Source: Octopus sinensis
Taxonomy: Eukaryota
Length of the DNA stretch: 64,000 bases
NCBI RefSeq assembly: GCF_006345805.1
Contig: NC_043005.1
Coordinates: 24,614,001 to 24,678,000 of the forward strand
Reading direction: 5' to 3'
The notes under the pieces were generated by a model. It worked only from the letters and a program-made list of their open reading frames with translations. It had not been told where the DNA came from and did not search any database. The position numbers and the translations under genes were made by a program. This document shows positions 1-13,184 of this stretch, one piece after another. Every line of letters begins with the position of its first letter. Positions within the stretch are counted from its first letter, which is position 1.

Positions 1-363
1 GTAATAGAACTCTGGCACAGACTAAATGTTCACAAGTTCAATCCTAGCCCAAGTACGTTTATATACAGTGTATCTGAGTGACTGACAGAATTTGAATGAT
101 TAACCCTTTCGTTACTGTATTTATTTTGAGATGCTTTGTGTTTCTTTGAATTACTTTAAATATAACAAGGAATTTAGTAAAATAACTTGGTTATCATTCA
201 GCTAGTATCGGGAACATAAATTGTGACTAAAGTTTGGTGGAAGATTTTAATTCAAAACTTATGAAAACAAGACATTTGTACTCAGAGCCAGTTTGGTAAC
301 GAAAGGGTTAAAATGGAATGATGGGGAGAGTAATAACAGACAAATTAGTTTCAAAAATGCTTT

Positions 364-404
<41 letters not shown>

Positions 405-958
405 TTGCTACTGCTGCCCCTGCTGCAATAATAACAACATCAATAATGGTTTCAAATTTTGGCATGATGCCAGCAATTTGAGGTGAGGGTCTAGTCGATT
501 ACATTGGCCTTAGAGTTTGAAGGAAAGGTAAATTCAACCTCCGTGACATTTGAACTGAGAACATAAAACCAAAGCATAAAGCCATAAGGAAAGCCACCAA
601 GTCAACGCCAGCCATCCTGGTACATGATGGGTGTTTTATTTAATCAACTCTGAAAGAATGACAGACAAGGCTGGCTTGAGCAGGTTTTTCAACTTATAGT
701 AAAAAAAAAAAGACATAGAATAAATTCCACAGTCTTTTTTTTCTTTTTCTGATACTCCACTTCACTGTCCTAAATAAGAAGACATAAAAATATAATGATT
801 TCTAACAAAAGTGCAAGATCACAAAATTTAGTGAGTGAGTATGGGTAGTGGTAGTGGTGGTGGGGTTCATAGTTGATTAAGCTACCCTCAATACATGACT
901 GGTATTTATATTATAAAAAAGCCAGAGTCAGTCTTAGTGAAATATTAACTTCAGAGAA

Positions 959-1250
959 GGCGGTGAGCTGGCAGAAATGTTAGCATGCCGGGCGAAATGC
1001 TTAGCGGTATTTCGTCTGTCTTTGCGTTCTGAGTTCAAATTCTGCCAAGGTCAACTTTGCCTTTCATCTTTTCAGGGTCGATAAATTAAGTACCAGTTTC
1101 ATACTGGGGTCAATCTAATCGACTGGCCCCTTCCCCCAAAATTTCAGTAGTTGTGCCTAGAGTAGAAAAGGATATAATGTACTGGGGTCAATCTAATCGA
1201 CTGGCACCCACCCCCAAAATTTCAGGCTTTGTGCCTAGAGCAGAAAAGAA
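959..1250 (+). mobile_element. Major SINE family A, representative copy (more than 20 copies or fragments in the window)
   Basis: Head ggtgagctggcagaa..ttagca..gagttcaaattc and core gtcgactttgcctttcatcctttcggggtcgataaattaagtaccag, recurring at e.g. 2270, 3270, 5410, 24166-26180, 30080, 32985, 35095, 35965, 42770-44375, 47980, 51240. The core resembles the Meta/Sauria-type SINE domain from memory; unverified. Confidence 0.85.
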
Positions 1251-1782
1251 ACAAATATTAACTTCAGAGAAAGAGTTCACAAAATTGGTACAAGACATTA
1301 TGCTTAGTGATCTACAGATCCTACTATTTATTTACTAAAGATTTCTGACACTGGAATAAAGCCAGAAATATTTGGAATAAGAAGAGGCACAGTTATTTTT
1401 GTTGAAGGATGGTGAAAAGTGAAGTCAACTCCTACATGATTTTAAAGCTAAACATAGAGATATACTGTGCACCATAATATCAGACAATCTACCAATTCAG
1501 TTGTTTGATCAACTACACTACCAACTCACTGAATAACAGCAGATAATCTGAGTATTCTACAGACATTTGTACACTTTATATAATTCTCAAGAAAGCTCAG
1601 CAGAACAAAGTATGTGTGATGAAGATGGGCCCATGACTCACAGGTACATCTGATGGGCTTCTATGTAGTTTCCATTTACTAAACTCTTAATTTATTGTAC
1701 AATGCGGTACTGCATGAAGCTGCATTGGTTAGCCAGTTCTGAAACACACAAATTCATACGAATCATACTAACTTTCTATATA

Positions 1783-2130
1783 CAGTAGAACCTTGTAGTA
1801 CGAGTGCCCCATTGTACAAGTAATTTACTGTACAAGCCGAGACTTGTGCGAATTTTTGTCTTGAAGTATGAGCGGTAATCCACAGTACAAGCACACGAAT
1901 TGTCCCATCTTTAAGGTAATTCAGTTAATAAAACCAGTTTACATATTTCTTTTGCATTCTCTTTTTTATAATAGTCATTTTACTTGTTACTGCACCATGT
2001 TTTAAAACCCATAAAAAATTATTTTTGAGTGGTTTTGTGGGGCTGGAACAGATTACTTATATTTTAGTTAATTTCAATAAGGAAAATGTATTTGTAAAAC
2101 AAGAAAATTGTAAGATGAGCTATCACTGCA
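1783..2130. repeat. Dispersed repeat (possible pogo/Tc1-type MITE), second copy at about 48785-49110
   Basis: Near-identical block cacagtacaagcaca...ttcagttaataaaaccagtttacatatttcttttgcattctc at both loci. Confidence 0.6.
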
Positions 2131-2813
2131 TTTAAGTTTGAAGGAAATAAGGAACTCTCTGATGTAAGGGAGAAAACTTTAATCCCTTCACTTATTCATT
2201 TCTCTTTTGTAATGGGACCATTACAGGACTGGGTTTTTCACTAGGAAAATATCCAACAAGATATTGGCTTCAAAATTTTAGCACAAGGCTAGTAATTTCA
2301 GGGGTGGATCAAGTTGATTACATCGACCCCACTGCTCAACTGGTACTTATTTTATTGACCCCGAAAGGATGAAAGGCTAAGTTAACCTCAACAGAATTTG
2401 AACCCAGAAAGTACACAGATGAAATGTCACTAAATATTTTGTACAGCATGCTAACAATTCTACCAGCTCGCTGCTTTAAACATAATATTAACGGTTGATT
2501 TAGCTCGCAAAACTTGAGTCAAACTTAGGCCAAGGTGCCACTCATGGGGATTGAACCTAGAACAATATGATGACTCTGAAGTAAATTTCTTAACCATTTG
2601 GCAGTACCTGCACACTATCATGCACACAATGCTGTGCAGTAGGAGTGAACCTGGAACTTTGTGATTGGGATGCAAGTTTCTAAAAGCCAGAGAGTCATGC
2701 ACCATTATATGGAAAATAGAGAGAAAAATATAAAAAAAAAGAGGAAAAATAACAAAAAGCAAACTAATGAGAGTGAGGCAGAATTGAGAGTAAGAGTGAA
2801 AGGTTGAACTCAC

Positions 2814-2908
2814 CACATTCGCTTTAAGTGCAACTTTAGCAAAGCCAACTCGTTTGCTCCACATAATTTGGTAATATTCATCTCCAAAGAGGGCTTCTCG
2901 AAGACCAC
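2814..2908 (-). CDS. TMEM68: TMEM68 coding exon 4; later exons lie left of position 1
   Basis: 95 nt, phase 1-0: GGLREALFGDEYYQIMWSKRVGFAKVALKANV (human GGVREALISDETYNIVWGHRRGFAQVAIDAKV). Acceptor aacaacag, donor gtgagt. I found no PIIPMFT exon in 1-2813. Confidence 0.94.
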
Positions 2909-4918
2909 CTGTTGTTATCAGATGAAAGATAAAAATGACCTCTTGTTGAGCGTAAAATGGGAAAAACAGTAAAACAAAACAAAACACTGAACTGGAGGAT
3001 ATTTTGGAAAAAGTAACAACAAAAACGGTTTACAATTTAGGAACAAGGCCAGAAAATTTGAGAGGAGTGGGAGGAGTAGTTGAGACTATTGATCCCAGGA
3101 CTCTGTTAGGCTCAATTATTTTGTCATCCCTGGAGAAATGAAAAGCAAGGTTAATTATGGCAGGATTCAAACTCAGAATGTAAAGAGTGAGAAGAAATAC
3201 CAGAAAGCATTTTGTCCAATTCTATGATTCATCGAGTTCCCTACTCTTGGTAATGGCTTCAGATTTAGGCACAAGGCCAGTACTTTTGAAGAGAAAGGGT
3301 GTAGTCTATAACATCAATGATGGTACTTGACTGGTACATAATTTTATTGACCTCAGGGAGATGAAAAGCAAATTTTGACCTCAGTGCGGTTGAAAGAAAT
3401 ATTGGTCTGAAATTCTGGAACAAGGCCCACAATTTCTGGAGAATGGGGTAAGTCTATATTACATCGACCCAATGCTCGACTGGTACCTATTTCATTGACC
3501 TCGAAAGAATCAAAGGCAAAGTCAGCCTCAGCAGAATTTGATCTCAGCATGCAAGGCAAAATGCTAAGCAGCATTTTGCCAGTCTTTATGTTCTAACGAT
3601 TCTGCCAGATTGCTGCCTAATTGAAAGAAATATTAAAAGGTAATAGGACGTAAATGAGCATAAATTTTGATTAAAGGTGTTAATTGAAATCACCTTAAGA
3701 TGTGAAGTTTGCATCATGGAACTAAAAAGTGGTCTCGGGTTGTGTGGTAAGAAACTTGCTTCCCAACCACATGATTCTGGGTTCAGCTCCACTGTGTGGA
3801 AACTTAGGCAAGTGTCTTCTACTATAGCCTTGGGTCGACCAAAGCTTTGTGAGTCAATTTGGTAGAAAGAAACTGAAAGAAGCCCATGGTACGTGTGTGT
3901 GTGTGTGTGTGTGCATATGTATATATATATATATATATATATAGGTGTAGGAGTGGCTGTGTACTAAGTAGCTTGCTTACCAACCACATGGTTCTGGGTT
4001 CAGTCCCACTGCGTGGCACCTTGGGTAAGTGTCTTCTACTATAGCCTTATGCCAACCAAAGCCTTGTGAGTGTATTTTGTAGACGGAAACTGAAAGAAGC
4101 CCATCGTATATATGTATATATATATACATACGTGTGTGTATATGTTTGTGTGTCTGTGTTTGTTCCCACAACATCGTTTGACAACCGATGCTGGTGTGTT
4201 TACGTCCCTGTAACTAAGCAGTTTGGCAAAAGAGGCCGATAGAATAAGTACTGGGGTTGATTTGCTCAGCTAAAAGGTGGTGCTCCAGCATGGCCACAGT
4301 CAAATGACTGAAACAAGTAAAAGAGTAAAAGATATATATGTACATATGTATGTATTTGTGTATCTGTGTTTGTCTCCACACCATTGCTTGACACCGATGT
4401 TGATATAGTTACATCTCTGTAACTTAGCAGGTCAACAAAAGAGACTGATAGAATAAGCACCAGGCTTACAAAGAATAAGTCCTAGGGTTGATTTGTTCAG
4501 CTAAAAGCGGTGCTCCAGCATGGCCACAGTCAATTGACTGAGACAAGTCAAAGAATATGAGGAAAATTTATACCAGCTGCATGCACAGAAATTCCACGGT
4601 TATTTTGAAAAGCTATTAAAATTCTTACAAGTTCATTGAGAACCACAAAAAAAGCATGATTTTTACTGAAACTATTTTCCACCCAAATTGTATTTGAGAT
4701 TGAGCAAATCCACACAGATGGATTCATTCATTCTCAAGATGTTTTCTCTCAGAAGAATACATCTTTGGAAACTATATTCTTTATCAACACTTTTACATAG
4801 AATGTAGTTATCTTATTTTTATCTTTATGTCAAAAAGGGAATGTGAAATAGAAAGAGTTACAAACAAAAAATATAAAACATTACAAACATAAAAACAGTA
4901 CAAATATTGGTACTTTAC

Positions 4919-5017
4919 CTGGAGCAATAGCTAAAATATGTCCTTCATTCAGTAAGTTTATACAGCTCTGTACTGTACCAGGGGATACTTTGAAAGCTTC
5001 CATCAAAATCCTGACGA
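4919..5017 (-). CDS. TMEM68: TMEM68 coding exon 3 (not in the ORF track)
   Basis: 99 nt, phase 1-1: FVRILMEAFKVSPGTVQSCINLLNEGHILAIAP(G), like human ...G..EKCVEILRSGHLLAISPG. Acceptor cttgttgcag, donor gtaaag. Confidence 0.93.
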
Positions 5018-5343
5018 CTGCAACAAGACAGAAATGTCACTAAGTTCCGTATGACATACACATACTTCATACAATCCTCTCTCTTTATTGCATCCTCATC
5101 ATCATTTATCATGCACTTTCCCATGCTTGCATGAGTCAGACAGAACTTGTATTTGTTGAAACAGATTTTTCACAGCCACATGCCCTTCCTGTTGATAACC
5201 CTCACTTGTCTCTAAGTAAGGCAACATTTTCTCATGCCTGGGCATGTTTTTTCACAGAAGACTGGAAACGAACAACCTCACTTGTATGACAGTGAAGCTC
5301 ATTTACGGCCAACACACAATGTCTTGACAACAGTACACACATA

Positions 5344-5404
<61 letters not shown>

Positions 5405-5621
5405 CTTGATTGCCCACAAGGGGCTAAACATAGACAAACAAGCACAGACAAAGGGATTAAGTCGATTACATCGACCCCAGTGCGTAACTGGTACTTTATT
5501 TATCGACCTCGAAAGGATGAAAGGCAAAGTCAACCTCGGCGGAATTTGAACTCACAACGTAGTGACAGACGAAATACAGCTACACATTTCGCCCGTGTGT
5601 GTGTATCATAAATAGTAAATA

Positions 5622-5671
<50 letters not shown>

Positions 5672-5849
5672 CACACACACATACACACACGCATATATGG
5701 ATACAGGACATTAGCAATGGTGCAAATACCATGAAATACATAAACAAAGAGAAAAAATGGAAAAGAAGACAAGTAAACACAGAGAAAGGACTCTTCATCA
5801 GCTTTCGGCTGTCTATCTACTCCTTGTTTCAAGCATTCAATGACAGATA

Positions 5850-6235
5850 TGTCTCTCACAGAGTGAAAGGTAGCTTGTATGATACTTGTGTATAAACAGC
5901 AACGCTACATGATAGAACATGAGCTGTAAATGCAGAGGACATGTGAAGCTTTGAAAGAAATTAAGCTAGCATGTTCCACTGGATATACTATGTCAGTATG
6001 CATGCTTAAAGTATAAATGTATTGAGATAAACATTGGGCTTAAGGGGCACCAGATGTAGTATGTAAGAGAGAAGACTGTACTGGTTTGGTCATAAGAGAA
6101 AGCCCCAGGAAGACCTGCAATGAGGTAGTGATAAATGACTTGCGGATGTTGAACATCACAGAGGGGATGACATAGAACTGAGATGACTGGTGATTTGTTA
6201 TGCTTGAGAAGACCCATGCATCCAAGTGAAAATGA
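5850..6235 (+). mobile_element. RTE-clade LINE 3' fragment, decayed
   Basis: Interrupted translation RVKGSLYDTCV..AVNAEDM..ERRLYWFGH..(W)NEVVINDLRMLNITE resembles the RTE reverse transcriptase C-terminus (RLRWFGHV..GRPRKTW). Confidence 0.75.
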
Positions 6236-6611
6236 GTTTCGCAATCAAGCAGTCATGTTTGTTATTTCATATCTTTTACCCTATTTCTTCGTGCTTCTTT
6301 TATTTTTTCTTTCTCTCAGAGTTGGAGGTGATTGAATTCAAGAAATCCAGTATTTTGATCCACATCAGTATGGTAGTCCAGAAGACAATGAACAAAAAGA
6401 AATGAAAATAACAAAAACAAACAAAGCAAGGGAAAAAAATGTAGAAAGTCAATATAAAAAAATGGTTAATGTATCAATATTTTGGACAATTTGCCCTTTA
6501 TCAAGATAGATATAGAAGACAAGAAAAAAACTGAGAGAACTAAAATGCCTGTATATGTAAAATAAAAAAAAATTGGAATATATATTATGAAGTGTAGAAT
6601 GTTGACATTAC

Positions 6612-6779
6612 ATGGTAATTTAAATAGGAATCGGTCTCCAATGGCACGGATTGTACGACCTTTATGGATGATACAGCTGGCCATGACATAGTAGACATCA
6701 ATGGGAACAACACCATGGTAATAGATGAGAAGGGCCGGACCTGAACTGGGAACATTCTCAAATCCTTCTACTTCATAAC
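6612..6779 (-). CDS. TMEM68: TMEM68 coding exon 2 with the acyltransferase motif HGVVPID
   Basis: 168 nt, phase 1-1: (S)YEVEGFENVPSSGPALLIYYHGVVPIDVYYVMASCIIHKGRTIRAIGDRFLFKLP. Acceptor cttacacag, donor gtaatg. Confidence 0.95.
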
Positions 6780-7209
6780 CTGTGTAAGACAGACAGAAAG
6801 AGAAAACATCATGGAGTGAGAGGGAGGGAGAGAGAGTGAGAGAAGAGAGAGAGAGGGAGAAGAGAGAGAAAGAGAGAGAGGGAGAAAATGAAAAACAAAA
6901 GAAAAAGAAACAGAAACAGACAAACAATCAAACAGACAGAGAGATGAACCTAACAGTTTGAAACTGGAATATCAGTAATTGAAGCTGAGATGAGAAATGG
7001 CTAGACGTTCAGAGACTTGTTGCCTTTATAGGGAACAAAGGCTTCCTCTGGCCAACAAGAGAGCTTAAAAATCTTTGCTCAGCCTGTTAGAAATAGTAAC
7101 CAAATCTCGCTCAAATCAAACTCTGAGATCTTCTTGATTGCTATTTCTACCAGACTGAGCAAGGACTTTGAGGAGCTCTCTTGTTGGCCAAAGAAACCCC
7201 TACTTTGCC

Positions 7210-8112
7210 TATAGAGGTGAGAAGGGGTTGTTGAAGGATAGGAAATGGTTCAAAGAACTCAGAGGAGGTGTAAGAGTAGAAGGACATTCATGTAAACTTG
7301 TCTGTGACATGGTGCCAAGTTCAAATATGAAATGTTCCTTCCTTTTCCTGGATCCATTGTATGCGGTGATGCTGCACGCTGACTGATGAGTGATGAGTGA
7401 TGAAATAACTGGTAGTGTTGAAGTAGGGTGACAACAGGTTGGCCAGGTACATGTAATAGTATGCTTTGAATATGCTTCTGAAAGCAATCAGCAAGACATT
7501 ATAGTCTGTTTCCCTAATATGAAGGGAACTGCGAAGTTTGCATATGATACAATATATAGGGTTAGACAATGTGCAACAGAAGTCCTGAGTAATATGATGT
7601 GCCTTAGGTCCAGTGATGATAATAGCATTGTTAATGTAGGGGCAAGTGTTGCAGCAACGAAAAGCACATTTAAAAGCGCCTGGTTGTGTAGGGCTGGTCA
7701 CAAGGAAGTTTCATACTTGAATGGAACAACATTTCATATTTGAACTTGGCTCCATGTCACCAATAAGTTTAAATTAATGTTTCTCCTTCTTTCTACTCCT
7801 ACACTTCATCTTAGTTCATTAAACTCTTTTGTTATCCTTCAACACCCCTTTCGTCTCATCTTTTCCCTCCACCTCCCTCTTTGACTTTGCTTGTTTCTCG
7901 TCATTCCATTCTCTTTCCTTCTTCCTTCTTACACTGCTTCTCCTACCACTTCTTGTTCACAAATGAAGCTCACATGGTACTGTGTTCTTTATCAGTTGCA
8001 GCCAGTTTCTTTTTTTTTTTTTGAAGTTGGAAGATGTAAAACTTTTGCTGTCTCTCATTCTTTTCTCTCCTTTCAATATTTCTCCTGAAGAAGGATAGCA
8101 TCCAACATGTTA
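7210..8112 (-). mobile_element. Penelope-like element remnant: GIY-YIG endonuclease fragment with inverted pLTR-like copy
   Basis: The minus ORF 7321-7701 reads C.TCPYIN..ITGPK..I.QDFCCTLSNPIYCIICK...LHIRET, i.e. the PLE CxxC plus GIY-YIG pattern (YCI.C..C...YIGET). 7210-7340 and 7720-7860 are imperfect inverted repeats. Confidence 0.8.
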
Positions 8113-8418
8113 GATTTTCCACTCCTCGCAGCAAGTTTTCTGTACTGTTTTTAATGATTTTACCCCATTTTATAAGACTGGCTGATGCAGACCAACAGCC
8201 TCTTTGCAATCTGCTTGAGATATATATGTATGTACGTATAGATAAAGACACACATACACACACACACACAATAAAATATGAATATCATTAAATATGAAAC
8301 AAAACAAATTAACCCATGTTATAAAAAAATGTATTTAAAAACAAAAAAAATACATGAAACAAACAAAAAGTTAAAGATAACAACAATGTTAGAAAGAAAC
8401 AAAGAAAGAAATGCTCAC

Positions 8419-8716
8419 TGTGCCATATGTAGCCATGAAAATCCCAGAGCACTGCTAGACTCTGTCGAGCCCCATGCCAGAAGTCTTTAGCATAGGCCTG
8501 GCGTAGACCATGTCGGTATGAATAGAAATGAAGGAAGAGGATAGAGGCCACGAGGCAGAAGGCAAGGATGAGTGGTAGAAGGAAAGATATAATGATTGGG
8601 TAGACCAACCATAATACCCATCGCATGTAGTTAATGTCCAGCATGGATACATAGGCATAGAGTCCCGGTGCCACAGTGGAAATGTTCACATGGAAATATG
8701 ACCAGAAATCCATCAT
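8419..8716 (-). CDS. TMEM68: TMEM68/DIESL acyltransferase, first coding exon (whole exon about 8821-8419)
   Basis: Translates MMDFWSYF...LLPLILAFCL...DFWHGARQSLAVLWDFHGYIWH, matching the TMEM68 N-terminal hydrophobic segment and the DFWxGAR..A..WD.H region. Acceptor ctatttcag|G at 8822/8821; donor A|gtgagc at 8419/8418 (phase 1). Confidence 0.93.
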
Positions 8717-9239
8717 CGCATTTGAACAGAAACGATGTTACTTCAACAATGTGCTGAAAGGTTTTAATGCAGTTGTTGCACTTGTTGCTATTGTCATTAT
8801 ATTTCTGTGGTGCACAAGTTCCTGAAATAGAGGAAACAAAGAAAAATATGAAAGACAACATTAGAACACATTTATGTATTTACATCTATATCGGAAAACC
8901 TAAATGTGATTTAATAACTGGTACTCGGTCGGTTATGACGACGAGGGTTCCAGTTGAACCAATCAACAGAACAGTATGCTTGTGAAATTAGCATGCAGGT
9001 GGCTGAACACTCCACAGACACATGTAGTTCTCAGGGAAATTCAGCATAACACAGAATGTGACAGGGTTAGCCCTTTAAAATATAAAGTACTACTTATTTT
9101 TCCCAGCTGAGTGAACTGGAGCAACAGGAAATAAAGTATCTTGCTAAAGGACACAACATGCAATTAGGTATCAAACTCACAACCTTACAATCTTGAGCTT
9201 AATACCCTAACCACTTAGCCACCGGTAGGGAATATATTA

Positions 9240-11530
9240 TCTATAATATATAAGACGGAAGATGTGTGTGTATGTGTCTGTGTGACTGGCCATTTATTTG
9301 ATCCCACTCAAAATCAATACATATTTCATCCAATTTCGTTCACACTTGGCACAGACATTACTTATGTTCCACAGATGGCTCTACACTCTTTAGACTTTTC
9401 ATTTATGGAGTAATATGCAGTAATGGGGATTCTAGGGTCAGAAAGGGCCAGAAAAACCGCCATTCCTGTTGTATGGTGACTATTGTGGACAAGGGAAGTA
9501 ACTCTTTGCAAATTAACATTCAGAAATTGATTGTCTTGCATTTGTATCCATTACTACACATTTCTGACTGACAATCGGTGGGTTGTATCCCACAAAAAGA
9601 TGCTCTGCAAAACATTTCATGCACACATCAACATAGAATTCTGTAGTTCTGTCAAATCCATGCAATACGTATGCAAGTACATTACCAAAGGATTGGACAG
9701 AGCTGTTTTTCAAATAAAATCTACACAATCAACAGATTTTACAAATGATGCAGTGACTCTTTTCAAAACTGGATGCTACATATCCACCAATGAAGCCATA
9801 TGGAGAACCTTAGGATTTCCAATTCACGAACAATACCTTCCTATAATTTATCTCCGCATCCATTTGGAAAATAGGCAGTGAATTTACTTCAGAGAAGTCA
9901 CCCTGATTTGAGAAGAAGCTACCCCACCAAAGACCACTCTCATGGCCTTCCTTCACCTATGCAAAGTTTATTTTGCACACTGAAGTGCCACATTATTATA
10001 TATGGAACCAATTACCTTCCCAGTGGCAATGATAAAAACAAGGCTGACCTATGCAGTTGGATCAAGCTGTGTACAAAGGTAACACAATTGGACATGTCTA
10101 CACAGTTCACCCCTTGAACTCCGAATACTTCCATCTGCATCTCTTACTTCATGTCATTAAGGGACCAACCTCCTTGGACACCTTCACATAGTGGACAGCC
10201 ACTTATGTGGCACTTTCAAAGATGCCTGCTCCAAATGGGGACTTTTAGATACAGATGATCAATATGACAATGCACTCAAAGAGGCCTCTCTGTGTCATTC
10301 TCTGCACAAGCTCCGACACCTTTTTGCAATAATACTGGTTTCCTGACAGCTGCACATTCGCTTTGGAATAAATACAAAGACTCAATGTGCCATGACATTT
10401 GGCTGTAGACTTGTTGCCAAATCACAGGTAGCATTGACACTTCTACTACCACTGCCATTTACAACAGAGGGTTTCTTCTCTTGGAAGACTTGGTTATGGC
10501 AATTGGAGGTCAATGATTGGATGCTTATTCTCTCAACACTCCAAGCAGAAATAAAGAAACCTGTCCCAATTGCCGCATTTTCAAAAAACATCTTACAACA
10601 TCCACAGATTCAAACAGTTAATTGCTGACAATGAGCCCCTTCTGAATTCCAATCAAGCTGACATATACAATTTTGTCCTCAGAAACATCTACACACACAC
10701 ACACACTGGCAGAATCAATCATCTTTTTAGATGCACCTGTTAGAACTGGGAAAACATTCCTCCTGAATCTTCTTCTCATGAAGTTGTGGCATAATAGTGA
10801 CCTTGCTATTGCTGTTGCCTCCTCAGGAACAGCCTCGGCTCTTTTCGATGGCAGACAAATAGCACACTCTACCTTCAAATTGCCTTTCAATGTAGCACAC
10901 CAAGAAAACCCAATGTGCCACATAATGCATTCCTTGGATGAAGCGACAACTATGTCCCATAAAAGTTCCCTACAAGCACTTGATACCACAATGAGAGACC
11001 TTAGATGGGACAACATCCTTGGAGGTACAACTCTACTTCTTGCAGGAGATTTTTGAAACACCTGCTGATGAACTTAATGCCTGCCTTAAAAATCCCTCCT
11101 TTGGTCACATGTCTAATCGAAACAACTCACCATTAACAGGAGATCACTCACACAGACTGGTCAGCTTACAACCCAGTTTTCGGAAATGCTCCTTAAAATT
11201 GGCAATGGACAAATTATGTTCAATAACAACAGATGCATTGACATTACCACCATTGGCCACACTGTTTCCAGCCCTGATGACTTATGCTCTACCATTTACC
11301 CAAATATTACAACAGAATACGTAAAAATGGATTGGCTTCATGGCAGGGTTGTTTTTTCACAATTTCTCAACTCCCAAGATCCTCCAGGATTCCCCCCGCC
11401 CATGAACTTTACTTAAAAGTCGGTCGCTCTGTCATCCTCCTATGCAATCTTAAATGCACTCACACTATGCAATGGAACTCACCTTGTGGTCAAACAAATG
11501 ATGGACCACATGATTGAAGCCCAAATTATC
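9240..11530 (+). mobile_element. Internally deleted, decayed autonomous Helitron (Rep C-terminal part plus PIF1 helicase)
   Basis: HINIEFCSSVKSMQYVCKYITKG, YISTNEAIWRTLGFPIHE...HLEN, IFLDAPVRTGKTFL (Walker A-like), AVASSGTASALFDGRQIAHSTFKLP, DEA, LLLAGDF, with many stops and frameshifts. A|TCTATAATATAA 5' end at 9240. Confidence 0.92.
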
Positions 11531-12866
11531 ATGGGACTCATTTCTAAAGCTGAGTGAACTGGAGCAATGCGAAATAAAGTGTCTTGCTCAAGAACACAAC
11601 ACACAGCCTGGTCCAGAAATCAAACTAACTAGCTCATGATTGTGAGCCCGACGCTCTAACCACTGAGCCAGGTACCTTCACACACACATATATAAGTACA
11701 GTAAAATATTACAATATATTAATATATTAAATATATTATAATACAAGTGGCCTGTTAGTAATTACAACCTAAAGGCAAGTTAATAAACAAGGCTACAAAT
11801 GAGTACTGGCAACTGCTAGAAATAAGAGTCAAAAAACGACTCGAATAGCCACACAAATAAATTAACGGAAAACAAGAGAGCGAGCTAAAGCACCCTTCCA
11901 GGGTGAGATAAACTCATAGTTGAAGTAAATATGTGTGTGTGTGTGTATACACACACACTGTGTTGAGTTGACAGCTTTAAGTCAAAATTTGTTCAGTACA
12001 AAATATCAGCGGTTAAATATTATACTGCGAGAGAATTCCTTTAACAGTTTGGTTTCCAGCTCGAAAAGCATTTCACATCAAAACATTTTAAATGTACTTA
12101 ATTATATTTATATAACCTAATTATAATTAATAGTCCATAAACAATCATAAATTCCAGGACACCAGCTCCATCATAGTTGATGAATTTGTGATAACAACTG
12201 GAACAGTTATGCTATGTCTGGTTGAACATGAATCAGTGCTGTGACATTATGTTGTGGTCTTGGCACTCAAAGACTCTTTCATACAAACACTAACAAACTT
12301 AGAAATATGTTTGTACAAAGCAAACTTAATTTGATAAAAATCATTAAAATTGTGTCAGGCTTTCTGTGATATATTAATTATTGCATTTTGAAACATCAGA
12401 AGGGTGAGATCGACATCAGCTTGGACTACTTTGTCTCAAGTTAAAATACAAGAGAAGGGATGGGAAGTAACAGTACTGTGTGTGTATGTGTGTGTGTGTG
12501 TGTGTGTGTGAGTGAAAGAGAGAGAGAGGGGAGAAAGAGAAGGAGAGAGAGAGACTCAAAGATTATATCAGAAACAGAGTCAAACAAAAAGAATCAGAGA
12601 CAGAAAAAAAGGAAGGAGAGTTCTAGAGAAAGCAAGTCAAAGACAGAGGGATGAAGGGGATGGTTCTTATGAACCAGCTCTGAAATAGGGTCCAATATGG
12701 TAATAACGGGAATTTTTTAGAAATTTCTGTTGGCTTTCTTCGAGATGTGTGCTTGTAGTCATAAATTCCATGGTTATTGACGTTATGTCTATTTTCAGCA
12801 TATTTTGGCATTAGAATCTTTTCCTTTTGCCCTCACTTATAAATTATATATATATATATACATACC

Positions 12867-12936
<70 letters not shown>

Positions 12937-13184
12937 AATAATAATTTTCTAATTATTTGCATTGGTTCATGATAAACTCTTATTTATCCTGTTGTTACAT
13001 GCACTTTAGGTGTAAGGTGTACCTTCACACCGTGGACAATACAGGTAACGGATACCAATAGTATATACAGACATTTTATCCCTTAGTCGGTTATTGTAAC
13101 CACTAACTTTGTTTACACAATATATATAAATATTAGAAAATTACTATTTTTAAATCTCACGAGAGATATTCAGCAACTGTTCTT

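Noticed and set aside
2172-2240. Minus segment EKPSPVMVPLQKRNE* as the TMEM68 terminal exon
   Set aside because: Its phase is incompatible with the phase 0 donor at 2814 and it lacks the expected PIIPMFT continuation.
7378-7410. CTGATGAG as a hammerhead core
   Set aside because: It sits in a short gatgagt repeat with no stem II or stem I pairing.
8767-8985. Signal-peptide-like ORF MQLLHLLLLSLYF
   Set aside because: It is antisense to the TMEM68 exon and acceptor and runs into a SINE.
12623-12811. Minus ORF MPKYAENRH... as a nested gene
   Set aside because: Unique-looking but short, with no convincing acceptor/donor pair and no recognisable family.
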